Of a stretch of DNA of 32,653 nt, positions 15,701-23,837 are shown one piece after another. The notes under the pieces were generated by a model. It had not been told where the DNA came from. It ran no database searches and saw nothing but the letters and a program-made list of their open reading frames with translations. The position numbers and the translations under genes were made by a program. Within the stretch, counting starts at the first letter, position 1; each line of letters begins with the position of its first letter. The stretch is from Saprospiraceae bacterium (GTDB taxonomy: Bacteria > Bacteroidota > Bacteroidia > Chitinophagales > Saprospiraceae): NCBI GenBank assembly GCA_004297645.1, contig SCUG01000462.1:1-32653 (forward strand). The letters are read 5' to 3'.

Positions 15701-16198
15701 ATGGTATTTCTGAGATTCATCCTACTGTTGTGCCTTGATTGGGGCACTTTGCCGCAGGCCGCAACACCAGCGTGGCACGACCTTAAAATGAGCGTCTGCG
15801 AAATAGCCTTCGTACCAGAATCCCAGATTTTCGAAGTGAAATTTTACCTCTTTGAAGATGACTTGAAAGCCACGCTTTACCCCCTCATGCACAGCGGGCA
15901 GGTAGCCGCCTCTGACGCCAGCGCATACATCCTGAAACACTTTGCGCTAAAGGCAAACAACCAGCCCCTGCCTCTGACCTACGCCTCCATGCGCGAGAAA
16001 AACGACCAGGTGCTCGTGCAGTTCTCTTCCCCTAAAATTCCGGCCGGAAAGCTGCGCACCCTCTTCGTGCAAAACGATTTGCTGACGGAGCAATTCAGAC
16101 GCCAGGTCAACATGGTGTACGTGTATTACCCCACCCAGGACTCCCGTAAAACGGAAATGCTGGATGCAACTAAAACTCGAACGGAGTTTTCTTTTTGA
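15701..16198 (+). CDS. DUF6702-like protein (commonly found next to an M1 peptidase)
   Basis: 'HDLKMSVCEIAFVPESQIFEVKFYLFEDDLKATL' fits the remembered DUF6702 N-terminal pattern (H..S...I.y....leI..kif.DDLe.aL). It sits between HupE and the M1 peptidase. Confidence 0.6.
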   Translation: MVFLRFILLLCLDWGTLPQAATPAWHDLKMSVCEIAFVPESQIFEVKFYLFEDDLKATLYPLMHSGQVAASDASAYILKHFALKANNQPLPLTYASMREKNDQVLVQFSSPKIPAGKLRTLFVQNDLLTEQFRRQVNMVYVYYPTQDSRKTEMLDATKTRTEFSF

Positions 16199-16224
16199 GT
16201 CAAATCACAAAATCACTTTTCGAT

Positions 16225-18567
16225 ATGAAACTGAAATCTACGCTCACCTCTCTGGCCCTATTGATGTTCGCCACAGGCGCAGTCTCCGGCCAAAGCACTT
16301 CCAACCACGGCAACAAATTTGAACAACTCGGCCCTATGCTCCCCGGCGCCTCGCCTTACCGCGGCATGGACGGCGCCCCCGGCCCCGATTACTGGCAACA
16401 GCGCTGCGACTACGACATCGCCTGCACCCTCAATGCCGGTGAGCAGCGGCTGCACGGTGAAGAACTCATCACCTACCACAACCAATCGCCACAATCACTG
16501 AACTACCTCTGGCTCCAGCTTGATGAAAACCAGCACCGCGGCAAGCTCGACAACCACCACTTCAACGAGAGTTCCATGCAGGAAATCATGAACCAGCAGG
16601 CACTGTACATGCTCGAACAATGGAAAGACCTCAACGAATACGGCCACAACATCGAGGCTATCACGGATGCCAAAGGCATACCCCTCGATTACACCATCAA
16701 CCAAACCATGATGCGGGTGGAATTGCCCCAAAAACTAATGCCCGGCCAGGATTTTTCTTTTAAGGTAAAATGGAATTACAAACTCGTGCCCCGAACGAAA
16801 GGCCCCTGGGGCCGCGGCGGCTATGAGTATTTTGAAAAAGACGGCAACTACCTCTTCACCATTTCCCAATGGTACCCCCGCCTCTGTGTTTTCAACGACG
16901 CCGAAGGCTGGCAAAACCACCAGTTCACCGGCCGCGGCGAGTTTGCTCTCACTTTCGGCAACTTCAACGTGAAAATGACCCTCCCCGATGACTACATGGT
17001 AGGCTCCACCGGCGAGTGCCAAAACTATGACAAGATGCTGACGCCCACACAACTGAAACGCTGGACCCAGGCGCAAACAGCCACTGAACCCCTCGAAATT
17101 GTCACCCTCGATGAGGCGGTAAAAAACGAGCAAAGCTCGAAGCGCAAGAAAAACAAAACCTGGATTTACAAAGCTGAAAACGTGCGCGACTTCGCCTGGA
17201 CGGCCAGCCGCAAATTTATCTGGGACGCCATGCCTCATTACAACGAAAATGGCCAAAAGGCCATGTGCATGAGCTATTATGGCAAGGAGGCCTACCCCAT
17301 TTACAGCCGCTATTCCACCAAAGTGGTAGCTCATACCTTGCAGACTTACTCCAAATTTTCCATCCCTTACCCTTACCCCGTGGCCATTTCCGTAGAGGCT
17401 GCGAGCGGCATGGAGTACCCCATGATTTGCTTCAACTTCGGGCGGGCCGAAGAGGACGGCACCTACACCGAAGGCCAGAAAAACGGCGCCATCTCCGTCA
17501 TTACCCACGAAGTGGGCCACAACTATTTCCCCATGATTATCAACAGCGACGAGCGCCAATGGTCGTGGATGGATGAAGGCCTCAACACTTTCGTCCAGTT
17601 TCTCGCCCTTTCGGAGTTTGACAACAACCTCGAACAGCGCAGAGGCCCGGCCCATAAAATCACAGACTACATGAACATGCCCCCAAACCAGCTCGAACCC
17701 ATTATGACCAACAGCGAAAACATCATCGAATTTGGAATGAATGCTTACGCAAAACCCGCCACCGCTCTCAACATCCTCCGCGAAACTATCATGGGCCGTG
17801 AGCTGTTCGACTACGCTTTCAAGGAATATTGCCGCCGCTGGGCCTTTAAACACCCTACCCCTGCCGACTTCTTCCGAACAATGGAAGATGCCAGCGGCGT
17901 GGACCTCGACTGGTTCTGGCGCGGCTGGTTTTACGGCATTGACAAGGTGGACATCGCCATGGATAGCATCGCCTGGCACAAGGTGGATCTGAACAACGAC
18001 CCAGAGAAAAAAACCGTGACCAACACAGACCGGCGGGAAAAGCCTTCCGACGACATCTCCAAAATCCGCAACCGCCAATCAGGCATGACCTTCGCCGTCG
18101 GGAAAGACCCCGAACTTAAGGATTTTTATAGCTCCTACCGCCCCTGGGAAACGGAGGACTCCGTGCAAACCACCACTACCCACCTTTACGACATGACCCT
18201 CGAACGGGCACAAAAGGACTCGCTTTTCAGCAAGAAAAACTATTACGAGCTATTCTTCCACAACAAGGGTGGCCTCGTGATGCCCATCATCCTCGAATGG
18301 ACTTTCGACGACGGCACTACTGAAGTGGAGCGCGTACCCGTAGAAATCTGGCGCAAAAACGAGAACAACGTCACCAAGGTCTTCGTCAAAGACAAACCCG
18401 TGACCTCCGTGCGCCTCGACCCCTTCCGTGAAACCGCCGATGTGGACGAAACCAACAACACACGCCCCATGCCCACCACCCCGCATTTAATAAAAGTGTA
18501 CAAAGAAAACCGGCAGGAAGAACAACTCAATCCCATGCAAAAGGCAAAGGGGAAGATTAAGCCGTGA
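16225..18567 (+). CDS. M1-family zinc metallopeptidase (aminopeptidase N-like)
   Basis: HEVGHNYF (HExxH) followed by WMDEGLNTF (the third zinc ligand, Glu). Signal peptide MKLKSTLTSLALLMFATGAVSGQ from ATG 16225 (the ORF opens with TTG at 16195). Confidence 0.9.
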   Translation: MKLKSTLTSLALLMFATGAVSGQSTSNHGNKFEQLGPMLPGASPYRGMDGAPGPDYWQQRCDYDIACTLNAGEQRLHGEELITYHNQSPQSLNYLWLQLDENQHRGKLDNHHFNESSMQEIMNQQALYMLEQWKDLNEYGHNIEAITDAKGIPLDYTINQTMMRVELPQKLMPGQDFSFKVKWNYKLVPRTKGPWGRGGYEYFEKDGNYLFTISQWYPRLCVFNDAEGWQNHQFTGRGEFALTFGNFNVKMTLPDDYMVGSTGECQNYDKMLTPTQLKRWTQAQTATEPLEIVTLDEAVKNEQSSKRKKNKTWIYKAENVRDFAWTASRKFIWDAMPHYNENGQKAMCMSYYGKEAYPIYSRYSTKVVAHTLQTYSKFSIPYPYPVAISVEAASGMEYPMICFNFGRAEEDGTYTEGQKNGAISVITHEVGHNYFPMIINSDERQWSWMDEGLNTFVQFLALSEFDNNLEQRRGPAHKITDYMNMPPNQLEPIMTNSENIIEFGMNAYAKPATALNILRETIMGRELFDYAFKEYCRRWAFKHPTPADFFRTMEDASGVDLDWFWRGWFYGIDKVDIAMDSIAWHKVDLNNDPEKKTVTNTDRREKPSDDISKIRNRQSGMTFAVGKDPELKDFYSSYRPWETEDSVQTTTTHLYDMTLERAQKDSLFSKKNYYELFFHNKGGLVMPIILEWTFDDGTTEVERVPVEIWRKNENNVTKVFVKDKPVTSVRLDPFRETADVDETNNTRPMPTTPHLIKVYKENRQEEQLNPMQKAKGKIKP

Positions 18568-18602
18568 GGGCGCAGGATGAAGCATTGACGCTATTGCAAA
18601 AA

Positions 18603-19736
18603 ATGAAAAAATACGACATCATCACCAAGACCCTGTTCGGGTTCGAGGAATTGCTGGCCACCGAGCTTCGGGAGTTGGGAGCCACGAACATCGAGGTGCT
18701 GAACCGGGCCATAAAATGCAGCGGCAGTCAGGAGCTGCTTTACAAAATCAACCTGCTGTCGAGGACGGCCCTGCGGGTGCTGGTACCTATCGCCACCTTC
18801 GCCGCCAGCAACGAAGACAAACTATACAAAAAGGTACGGGACATAGACTGGAGCACCTACCTCGGCGTGGACCAGACTTTCGCCATAGACGCCACCACGC
18901 ACAGCGAGATATTCAACCACTCGAAATACGCAGCGCTGAAATGCAAAGACGCCATCGCCGACCAGTTCCGCGACAAAACCGGCCGCCGCCCCTCCGTGAA
19001 CACCGAAGACCCGGACCTGCGCATCAACGTCCATATCGCTGACAAATTAGTGAACATCGCCCTCGACAGTTCGGGGGAGCATCTCGACCGGCGCAGCTAC
19101 CGCCTCTCCCGCACCGAAGCCCCTATCAACGAAGTGTTGGCGGCGGGCATCATCCTGATGACCGGCTGGGATGGGAAAAGCCACTTCATAGACCCGATGT
19201 GCGGCTCCGGCACTTTTGCCATAGAGGCCGCCATGATGGCCAGCCACCGGCCGCCCGGCATGTTCCGGCATTTTGCTTTCGAAAAATGGAGCGATTTCGA
19301 TGCCCGCCTTTGGCGAAAAATCCGGGCGGAAGCAGAAGCAAACATTTGCACGCCAACCTCAAAAATCGTGGCCAACGACTTAGATGCTCACGCCGTGAGC
19401 ATGGCCCGTCAAAATGCGGCACGCGCCGGTGTGGGCAAGCTGATAACTTTCGCCAACCAGGACTTCCTCGCCACTCACTCCGAGGCCGGAGCCGGAGTAG
19501 TCGTGATGAATCCGCCCTATGGCGAGCGGCTGCAACACGACGGCCTCACCGCTTTTTACAACGAAATTGGCACCCGCCTGAAACATTTTTACGAGGGCTT
19601 CGATGCCTGGATTATCAGCGCCGATTTGCGGGCGTTGAAATTCATCGGCCTGCGGCCCTCCCGCAAGGTAGCTTTGTTCAATGGCTCGTTGGAGTGCCGC
19701 CTGCACAAGTTCGAGCTGTACAGCGGAAGCAAGTAA
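18603..19736 (+). CDS. THUMP-domain class I SAM-dependent RNA methyltransferase (RlmL/RlmK N-terminal-like, UPF0020)
   Basis: 'TLFGFEELLATELRELGA' THUMP-type N-terminus, 'DPMCGSGTFAIEAA' SAM motif I and 'VMNPPYGERL' motif IV. ATG at 18603. Confidence 0.85.
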   Translation: MKKYDIITKTLFGFEELLATELRELGATNIEVLNRAIKCSGSQELLYKINLLSRTALRVLVPIATFAASNEDKLYKKVRDIDWSTYLGVDQTFAIDATTHSEIFNHSKYAALKCKDAIADQFRDKTGRRPSVNTEDPDLRINVHIADKLVNIALDSSGEHLDRRSYRLSRTEAPINEVLAAGIILMTGWDGKSHFIDPMCGSGTFAIEAAMMASHRPPGMFRHFAFEKWSDFDARLWRKIRAEAEANICTPTSKIVANDLDAHAVSMARQNAARAGVGKLITFANQDFLATHSEAGAGVVVMNPPYGERLQHDGLTAFYNEIGTRLKHFYEGFDAWIISADLRALKFIGLRPSRKVALFNGSLECRLHKFELYSGSK

Positions 19737-19755
19737 CACGGACTGGCAGTCCGTG
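19737..19755 (+). terminator. Hairpin immediately after the methyltransferase stop (no U-tract)
   Basis: cacggact ggc agtccgtg forms an 8-bp stem that starts 1 nt after TAA 19734-36. No T-run follows it. Confidence 0.3.
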
Positions 19756-19848
19756 CTACATCCGGTCAATTCCCCGGTTAAGAGAATAAAAAATCAAAGA
19801 CAATAATGTACTTTTACCCCATACAGACACATTTTCTCACTAAAAAAA

Positions 19849-20355
19849 ATGATTATGGAATTCAACTGGTTAGCAATTATCGTAGCGGCATTCGTGCCAA
19901 CAGTATTGGGCTTTATCTGGTACAACCCGAAAGTATTCGGCACGGCCTGGATGAAAGCCGCCGGTATGACGGATGAAAAAATCAAAGGAGGCAATATGCC
20001 GCTCATCTTCGGTCTCTCCTTACTGTTCAGCGTCATGCTCGCCATGAGCATGAACATGATCACCATCCACCAATCCGCTATTTATTCGGTGCTGATGAAC
20101 GAGCCGGGTTTTGGCGACCCGGCCTCCGATACCGGTAAATTTATTGCGGACTTCATGAGCAAGTATGGCCACAATTTCCGCACATTCGGCCATGGCGCCT
20201 TCCACGGCATCCTCGCGGGAATTTTCATCATTCTGCCCGTACTCGCCACCAATGCGATGTTCGAGCGCAAAGGGTTCAAATACATTTTATTGAACGCCGG
20301 GTACTGGGCTGTGTGCCTCGCCATTATGGGTGGCATCATCTGCGGCTGGATGTAA
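19849..20355 (+). CDS. DUF1761-family membrane protein
   Basis: 'NWLAIIVAAFVPTVLGFIWYNPKVFGTAWMKAAG' matches the DUF1761 N-terminal signature. The protein has 4 TM-like segments. Confidence 0.7.
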   Translation: MIMEFNWLAIIVAAFVPTVLGFIWYNPKVFGTAWMKAAGMTDEKIKGGNMPLIFGLSLLFSVMLAMSMNMITIHQSAIYSVLMNEPGFGDPASDTGKFIADFMSKYGHNFRTFGHGAFHGILAGIFIILPVLATNAMFERKGFKYILLNAGYWAVCLAIMGGIICGWM

Positions 20356-20569
20356 TCGTTTCGGGCAAAGTTTCAAGCTGCCGGCCTCCACGCCGGCGGC
20401 TTGAAACACCCCCGTCGGTGGAAAGCTTCTCTAACCATCCGGCCACCTTCGCCGGCACGAGTGCCTGAACCTCCCGCGGGGGCACCTTTCGTGGCACCCT
20501 ATTTGTTTTTTGCAAGTCACTTCCTCTCCTCATTTTACATACACCATCCTCTCCCCGCACTGTGGATTT

Positions 20570-21886
20570 ATGTTTGATAAAGGCTACAAGGTTACCGAAC
20601 TTTTCTGGTACCGGATGATACTATGCACAGGCGTCATTGGCATTCCGCTATTCGGCTATCTGGCCGTTCAGTCGGCGCCTGGCAGCGTGGAGTTCATGTC
20701 GCACCGTTACTTCATGGCGGCGGTATGGGGACTAATATTTGCATTTTCATTCGTCAGCTTTTACATAAAAGAGCAACTCGTCATCATCACCTGCTGGCTG
20801 TCTTTACTGCTTCATATCTGGGTCATTTGGATCGTTTATTTAAACAACTTTTCCAGTGAATACGTCACTGGGCTGGTCACCACATTTAGTGTGCTGAACA
20901 TTTCGGTGCGCCGCCCGCGGCTTTACTATTGGTTCTTTCTGTCGGCCGTGGTACTCACCGAGATGGCTGTTTTTGCTGCCCCTCAACCCGAAATATCGCC
21001 GGGCTTGGTCAGCTTTACCATTATCATTCTGGCTATGGCATTCATGCTCGCCGGCAGCGCCGTGCTTACCAACGAAAGGAAACTGAGCGAGCTAAACGAA
21101 ACCTTAGAGAAAAAGGTGGCAGAGCGCACCGCCGAGGCCGAAAACCGCTCGCACGAGCTTGCCTTGAAAAACCAGGAGTTGGAACAATTCGCCTTCGTGG
21201 CCTCCCACGACCTGAAGTCGCCGTTACGCAATATCGGCAGCTTCGTGCAGCTCATTCAGCGCAAGCTGAACGGCACCACCGACAGCGACTTGAACGACTA
21301 CTTGTCGTTTGTGGTGAACTCCGTGAAAAAGATGAATGACATCATCAACGATGTACTGCTTTACTCCCGTTACGGCCACCAGGCCGCAGCCTTCGAAATG
21401 GTGCCCATCAGGGAAGTAATAGACGAGATATGCCAATTGATGGCCCACGAATTGAAACAGAAAAAGGTTCTTATTCACTGCAACATACAGGCACGGATGG
21501 TGTATTGCGACCGCCGGCAAATGGAACAATTGCTCCGCAACCTGGTAGAGAACGCCATGAAATACAACGAATCGCCACACCCCGTCATCGAAATAACGGC
21601 GGTGGAAAAGCGCTCGGAGTACCTGTTTTCCGTGAAAGACAACGGCATCGGAATCCCGTTGGAATACCAGGCCAAGATCTTCAAAATGTTCCAGCGGCTA
21701 CACACGGAAGATGAGTACCCCGGCACTGGCGCCGGGCTTGCCGTTTGCAAAAGAATCGTCGAAAACCACCAGGGCGAAATTTGGGTGCACTCCCGGCCCG
21801 GCGAAGGCACGACCTTGTTTTTCACACTCGAAAAATTACCGGCCACCACCCTTCATAAGGCACATCTGGCGGAAGCCTTGCACTAA
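20570..21886 (+). CDS. Membrane-bound sensor histidine kinase (no adjacent response regulator)
   Basis: About 180 aa of N-terminal TM helices, a coiled linker, the H-box 'FAFVASHDLKSPLRNI', the N-box 'LLRNLVENAMKY', and G-boxes 'DNGIGI' and 'GTGAGLAVCKRIV'. ATG at 20570 (the ORF opens with TTG at 20510). Confidence 0.85.
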   Translation: MFDKGYKVTELFWYRMILCTGVIGIPLFGYLAVQSAPGSVEFMSHRYFMAAVWGLIFAFSFVSFYIKEQLVIITCWLSLLLHIWVIWIVYLNNFSSEYVTGLVTTFSVLNISVRRPRLYYWFFLSAVVLTEMAVFAAPQPEISPGLVSFTIIILAMAFMLAGSAVLTNERKLSELNETLEKKVAERTAEAENRSHELALKNQELEQFAFVASHDLKSPLRNIGSFVQLIQRKLNGTTDSDLNDYLSFVVNSVKKMNDIINDVLLYSRYGHQAAAFEMVPIREVIDEICQLMAHELKQKKVLIHCNIQARMVYCDRRQMEQLLRNLVENAMKYNESPHPVIEITAVEKRSEYLFSVKDNGIGIPLEYQAKIFKMFQRLHTEDEYPGTGAGLAVCKRIVENHQGEIWVHSRPGEGTTLFFTLEKLPATTLHKAHLAEALH

Positions 21887-22081
21887 TTCTTGCACCGCCA
21901 ACTTTTGGGCAGCAGCTTTTATTATACTTTTGAACGCCAGGTTTTGTCCATTTGACAATTGCTATTAAACTTTACCCATCCGGGTAATCGGGATGCAGCC
22001 AGAACCAAATAGGCTTAGTACAAATAGTGAGGGCAATGAATTTCGATGGTTTGATACTACACTAACACTTGACTTTGTGTG

Positions 22082-22132
22082 CCCCGGCGGTGCCGGGGGG
22101 AGGGGATATTGGGGGCTTCGCCCCCAAACCCC
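22082..22132. other. Cluster of GC-only hairpins in a 430-bp intergenic region
   Basis: ccccggc ggt gccgggg (22082-22098). gggg atatt [gggggc ttc gccccc] aaa cccc (22102-22132) forms a nested stem. Confidence 0.5.
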
Positions 22133-22192
22133 TAAGCCAGTGAAGTCAGCGCCAAATACCCGGGATGGACAAAACCTAACGCTCGACAGTAT

Positions 22193-22242
22193 CCCTTGCA
22201 CCCTTGCGTTATTCTACAACGCAAGGACGCAAGGACGCAAAG
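22193..22242. repeat. Hairpin whose arms are tandem 8-mers (CCCTTGCR x2 / ACGCAAGG x3)
   Basis: cccttgca cccttgcg (22193-22208). ccttgcgtt (22202-10) pairs with aacgcaagg (22218-26). acgcaagg acgcaagg acgcaaag (22219-22242). Confidence 0.75.
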
Positions 22243-22319
22243 TAGTACAAGGATACCTTCATGCCCAAAACCTGGTGGTGAGAAGTATAAATTGCGCCTA
22301 AGCGCCTAAAGAATTATTC

Positions 22320-22829
22320 ATGCAATTCAGCGCCATTCTTGAAAAATCTGATTCCCCGCTTTGGGGTCATTACATCAGCGTGCCGGATGTTGTGGCCCAA
22401 GTGTTTATTTCCGAAGGCACAAAGAGAGTTGTTTGCACACTCGCCAATACACTGGTATTTCAATGCGCCCTAATGCCAAAAGGCGACGGCACCTACTTCA
22501 TCAATATCAATAAAAAAAGGCAGGAGGAAACCGGCCTCAAACCGGGTATGTCCATTCAGGTGGCCCTTAAAAAAGATGATAGCAAATACGGCCTGCCCAT
22601 GCCTGAGGAACTGGCGGAGTTGCTCAAAATGGACGAAGAGGGCAACCGGCTGTTTCACGCCTTGATGCCGGGCAAGCAGCGCAATCTGCTGTACATCGCC
22701 GGCCAACCAAAAACTTCGGACGCCCGCATAAAAAGGGCCATCGTCTGCATGGAGCACCTCAAAGCGAATGATGGGAAGATTGTCTTCAAACGGCTGAATG
22801 AGGAAATGAGAGAAGCCAACAAGCTCTAA
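22320..22829 (+). CDS. DUF1905 + YdeI/OmpD-associated family protein
   Basis: The N-terminal 'WGHYISVPDVVAQVF...GTKRVVCTL...CALMPKGDGTYFININKK' fits DUF1905. The C-terminal 'PEELAELL..DEEGNRLFHALMPGKQRNLLYIAG.PKTSDARIKR' fits YdeI-like proteins. Confidence 0.75.
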   Translation: MQFSAILEKSDSPLWGHYISVPDVVAQVFISEGTKRVVCTLANTLVFQCALMPKGDGTYFININKKRQEETGLKPGMSIQVALKKDDSKYGLPMPEELAELLKMDEEGNRLFHALMPGKQRNLLYIAGQPKTSDARIKRAIVCMEHLKANDGKIVFKRLNEEMREANKL

Positions 22830-22851
22830 AGCTGCCGGTACCCTGTGAGGG

Positions 22852-23760
22852 TTATGCCTTGGTCACCTCGTGACCACCGAACTCATTCCGCAGCGCGGCC
22901 AGCACCTTCCCGGCGAACGTATCGTCCTGCATCGAGCGATAGCGCATGATGAGCGACAGTGCAATGACCGGCGTGGGTACGCCGAGGTCGAGCGCCGTTT
23001 CGAGTGCCCATTTGCCCTCGCCGGAGGAGCGCACCTCGCCCCGCAAACCGCTGAGGTCTGCATCTTTTGAAAAGGCAGACTGGGTAAGTTCGATGAGCCA
23101 CGAGCGGATGACGGAGCCGTGGTTCCAAACTCTCGCCACCTCTTCTAAGTCCAGGTCGAATGGGCTTTTTTCCAACACCTCGAAGCCTTCGGCAATGGCT
23201 TGCATCATGCCGTATTCGATGCCGTTGTGCACCATTTTCACAAAATGGCCGCTACCCCCGGCCCCGGTGTAGAGGTAGCCGTTCTCCACCGAAATGGCTT
23301 TGAACACGTGCTCGCATTGCTGAAAAACCTCCGCATCGCCGCCCACCATCGTGCAGGCTCCGCCGAAGGCTCCGCTCGTGCCGCCGCTCGTGCCGCAGTC
23401 AAGGAAACCGATGCCCTTGACTTTCAACTCCCGGTACCGGCGCTGTGAGTCTTTGAAATTGCTGTTGCCGCCGTCAATGACAATGGCCCCGGCTGGCAGC
23501 AGCATTTTCAGTTCCAGTACGACCGATTCGGTGACCGCCCCGGCGGGTACCATCAGCCAAAGGACTTTTTTTTCGGGCAATGTTTCCACCAAGCCAGCCA
23601 GCGAGGCACAGGTCTTCACTCCGTGGCCTTCGGCCAAATGGCGGTTCTCCTCCGATACGTCGAAGGCAAAGACTTCGAAGCCGTTGCGTTTCAGATTTTG
23701 CGCAAGCGGGAAACCCATTTTCCCCAAGCCCACCATTCCTATTGTGTTGATTTTTCCCAT
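22852..23760 (-). CDS. gnd: 6-phosphogluconate dehydrogenase, short (about 300 aa) decarboxylating type
   Basis: 'IGMVGLGKMGFPLAQNL' Rossmann motif, 'IDGGNSNFKDS', 'GTSGG', 'GSGHFVKMVHNGIEYGMMQAIAEGF' and 'WNHGSVIRSWL'. Confidence 0.9.
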   Translation of the reverse strand: MGKINTIGMVGLGKMGFPLAQNLKRNGFEVFAFDVSEENRHLAEGHGVKTCASLAGLVETLPEKKVLWLMVPAGAVTESVVLELKMLLPAGAIVIDGGNSNFKDSQRRYRELKVKGIGFLDCGTSGGTSGAFGGACTMVGGDAEVFQQCEHVFKAISVENGYLYTGAGGSGHFVKMVHNGIEYGMMQAIAEGFEVLEKSPFDLDLEEVARVWNHGSVIRSWLIELTQSAFSKDADLSGLRGEVRSSGEGKWALETALDLGVPTPVIALSLIMRYRSMQDDTFAGKVLAALRNEFGGHEVTKA

Positions 23761-23762
23761 GT

Positions 23763-23837
23763 TTGTTGGCGTATTGGCGTGTTGGCGTGTTGGCGTGTTG
23801 GGCCTACAATGCCAACGCGCTAACGCTCCAACACGCC
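23763..23837. repeat. Hairpin whose arms are tandem 8-mers (GTRTTGGC x4), between gntP and gnd
   Basis: gtattggc gtgttggc gtgttggc gtgttggg (23771-23802), loop cctacaat, then gccaacgcgctaacgctccaacacgcc (23811-23837) as an imperfect complement. It fills the whole 76-bp gap between gntP and gnd. Confidence 0.75.

Noticed and set aside
16735-18078. 447-aa minus-strand ORF inside the M1 peptidase gene
   Set aside because: The plus-strand frame carries the HExxH…E zinc signature and a signal peptide. The antisense translation is low-complexity (V/G/H/F/A-rich) and has no motifs.
20375-20410. Hairpin caagctgccggc…gccggcggcttg after the DUF1761 gene as a terminator
   Set aside because: The stem contains a mismatch and is followed by aaacaccccc rather than a T-run, so it is too weak to call.
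21965-22201. 78-aa minus-strand ORF in the 430-bp intergenic region
   Set aside because: The translation is Pro/Ser/Gly-rich and is produced by GC-only hairpins and octamer repeats. It has no start context.
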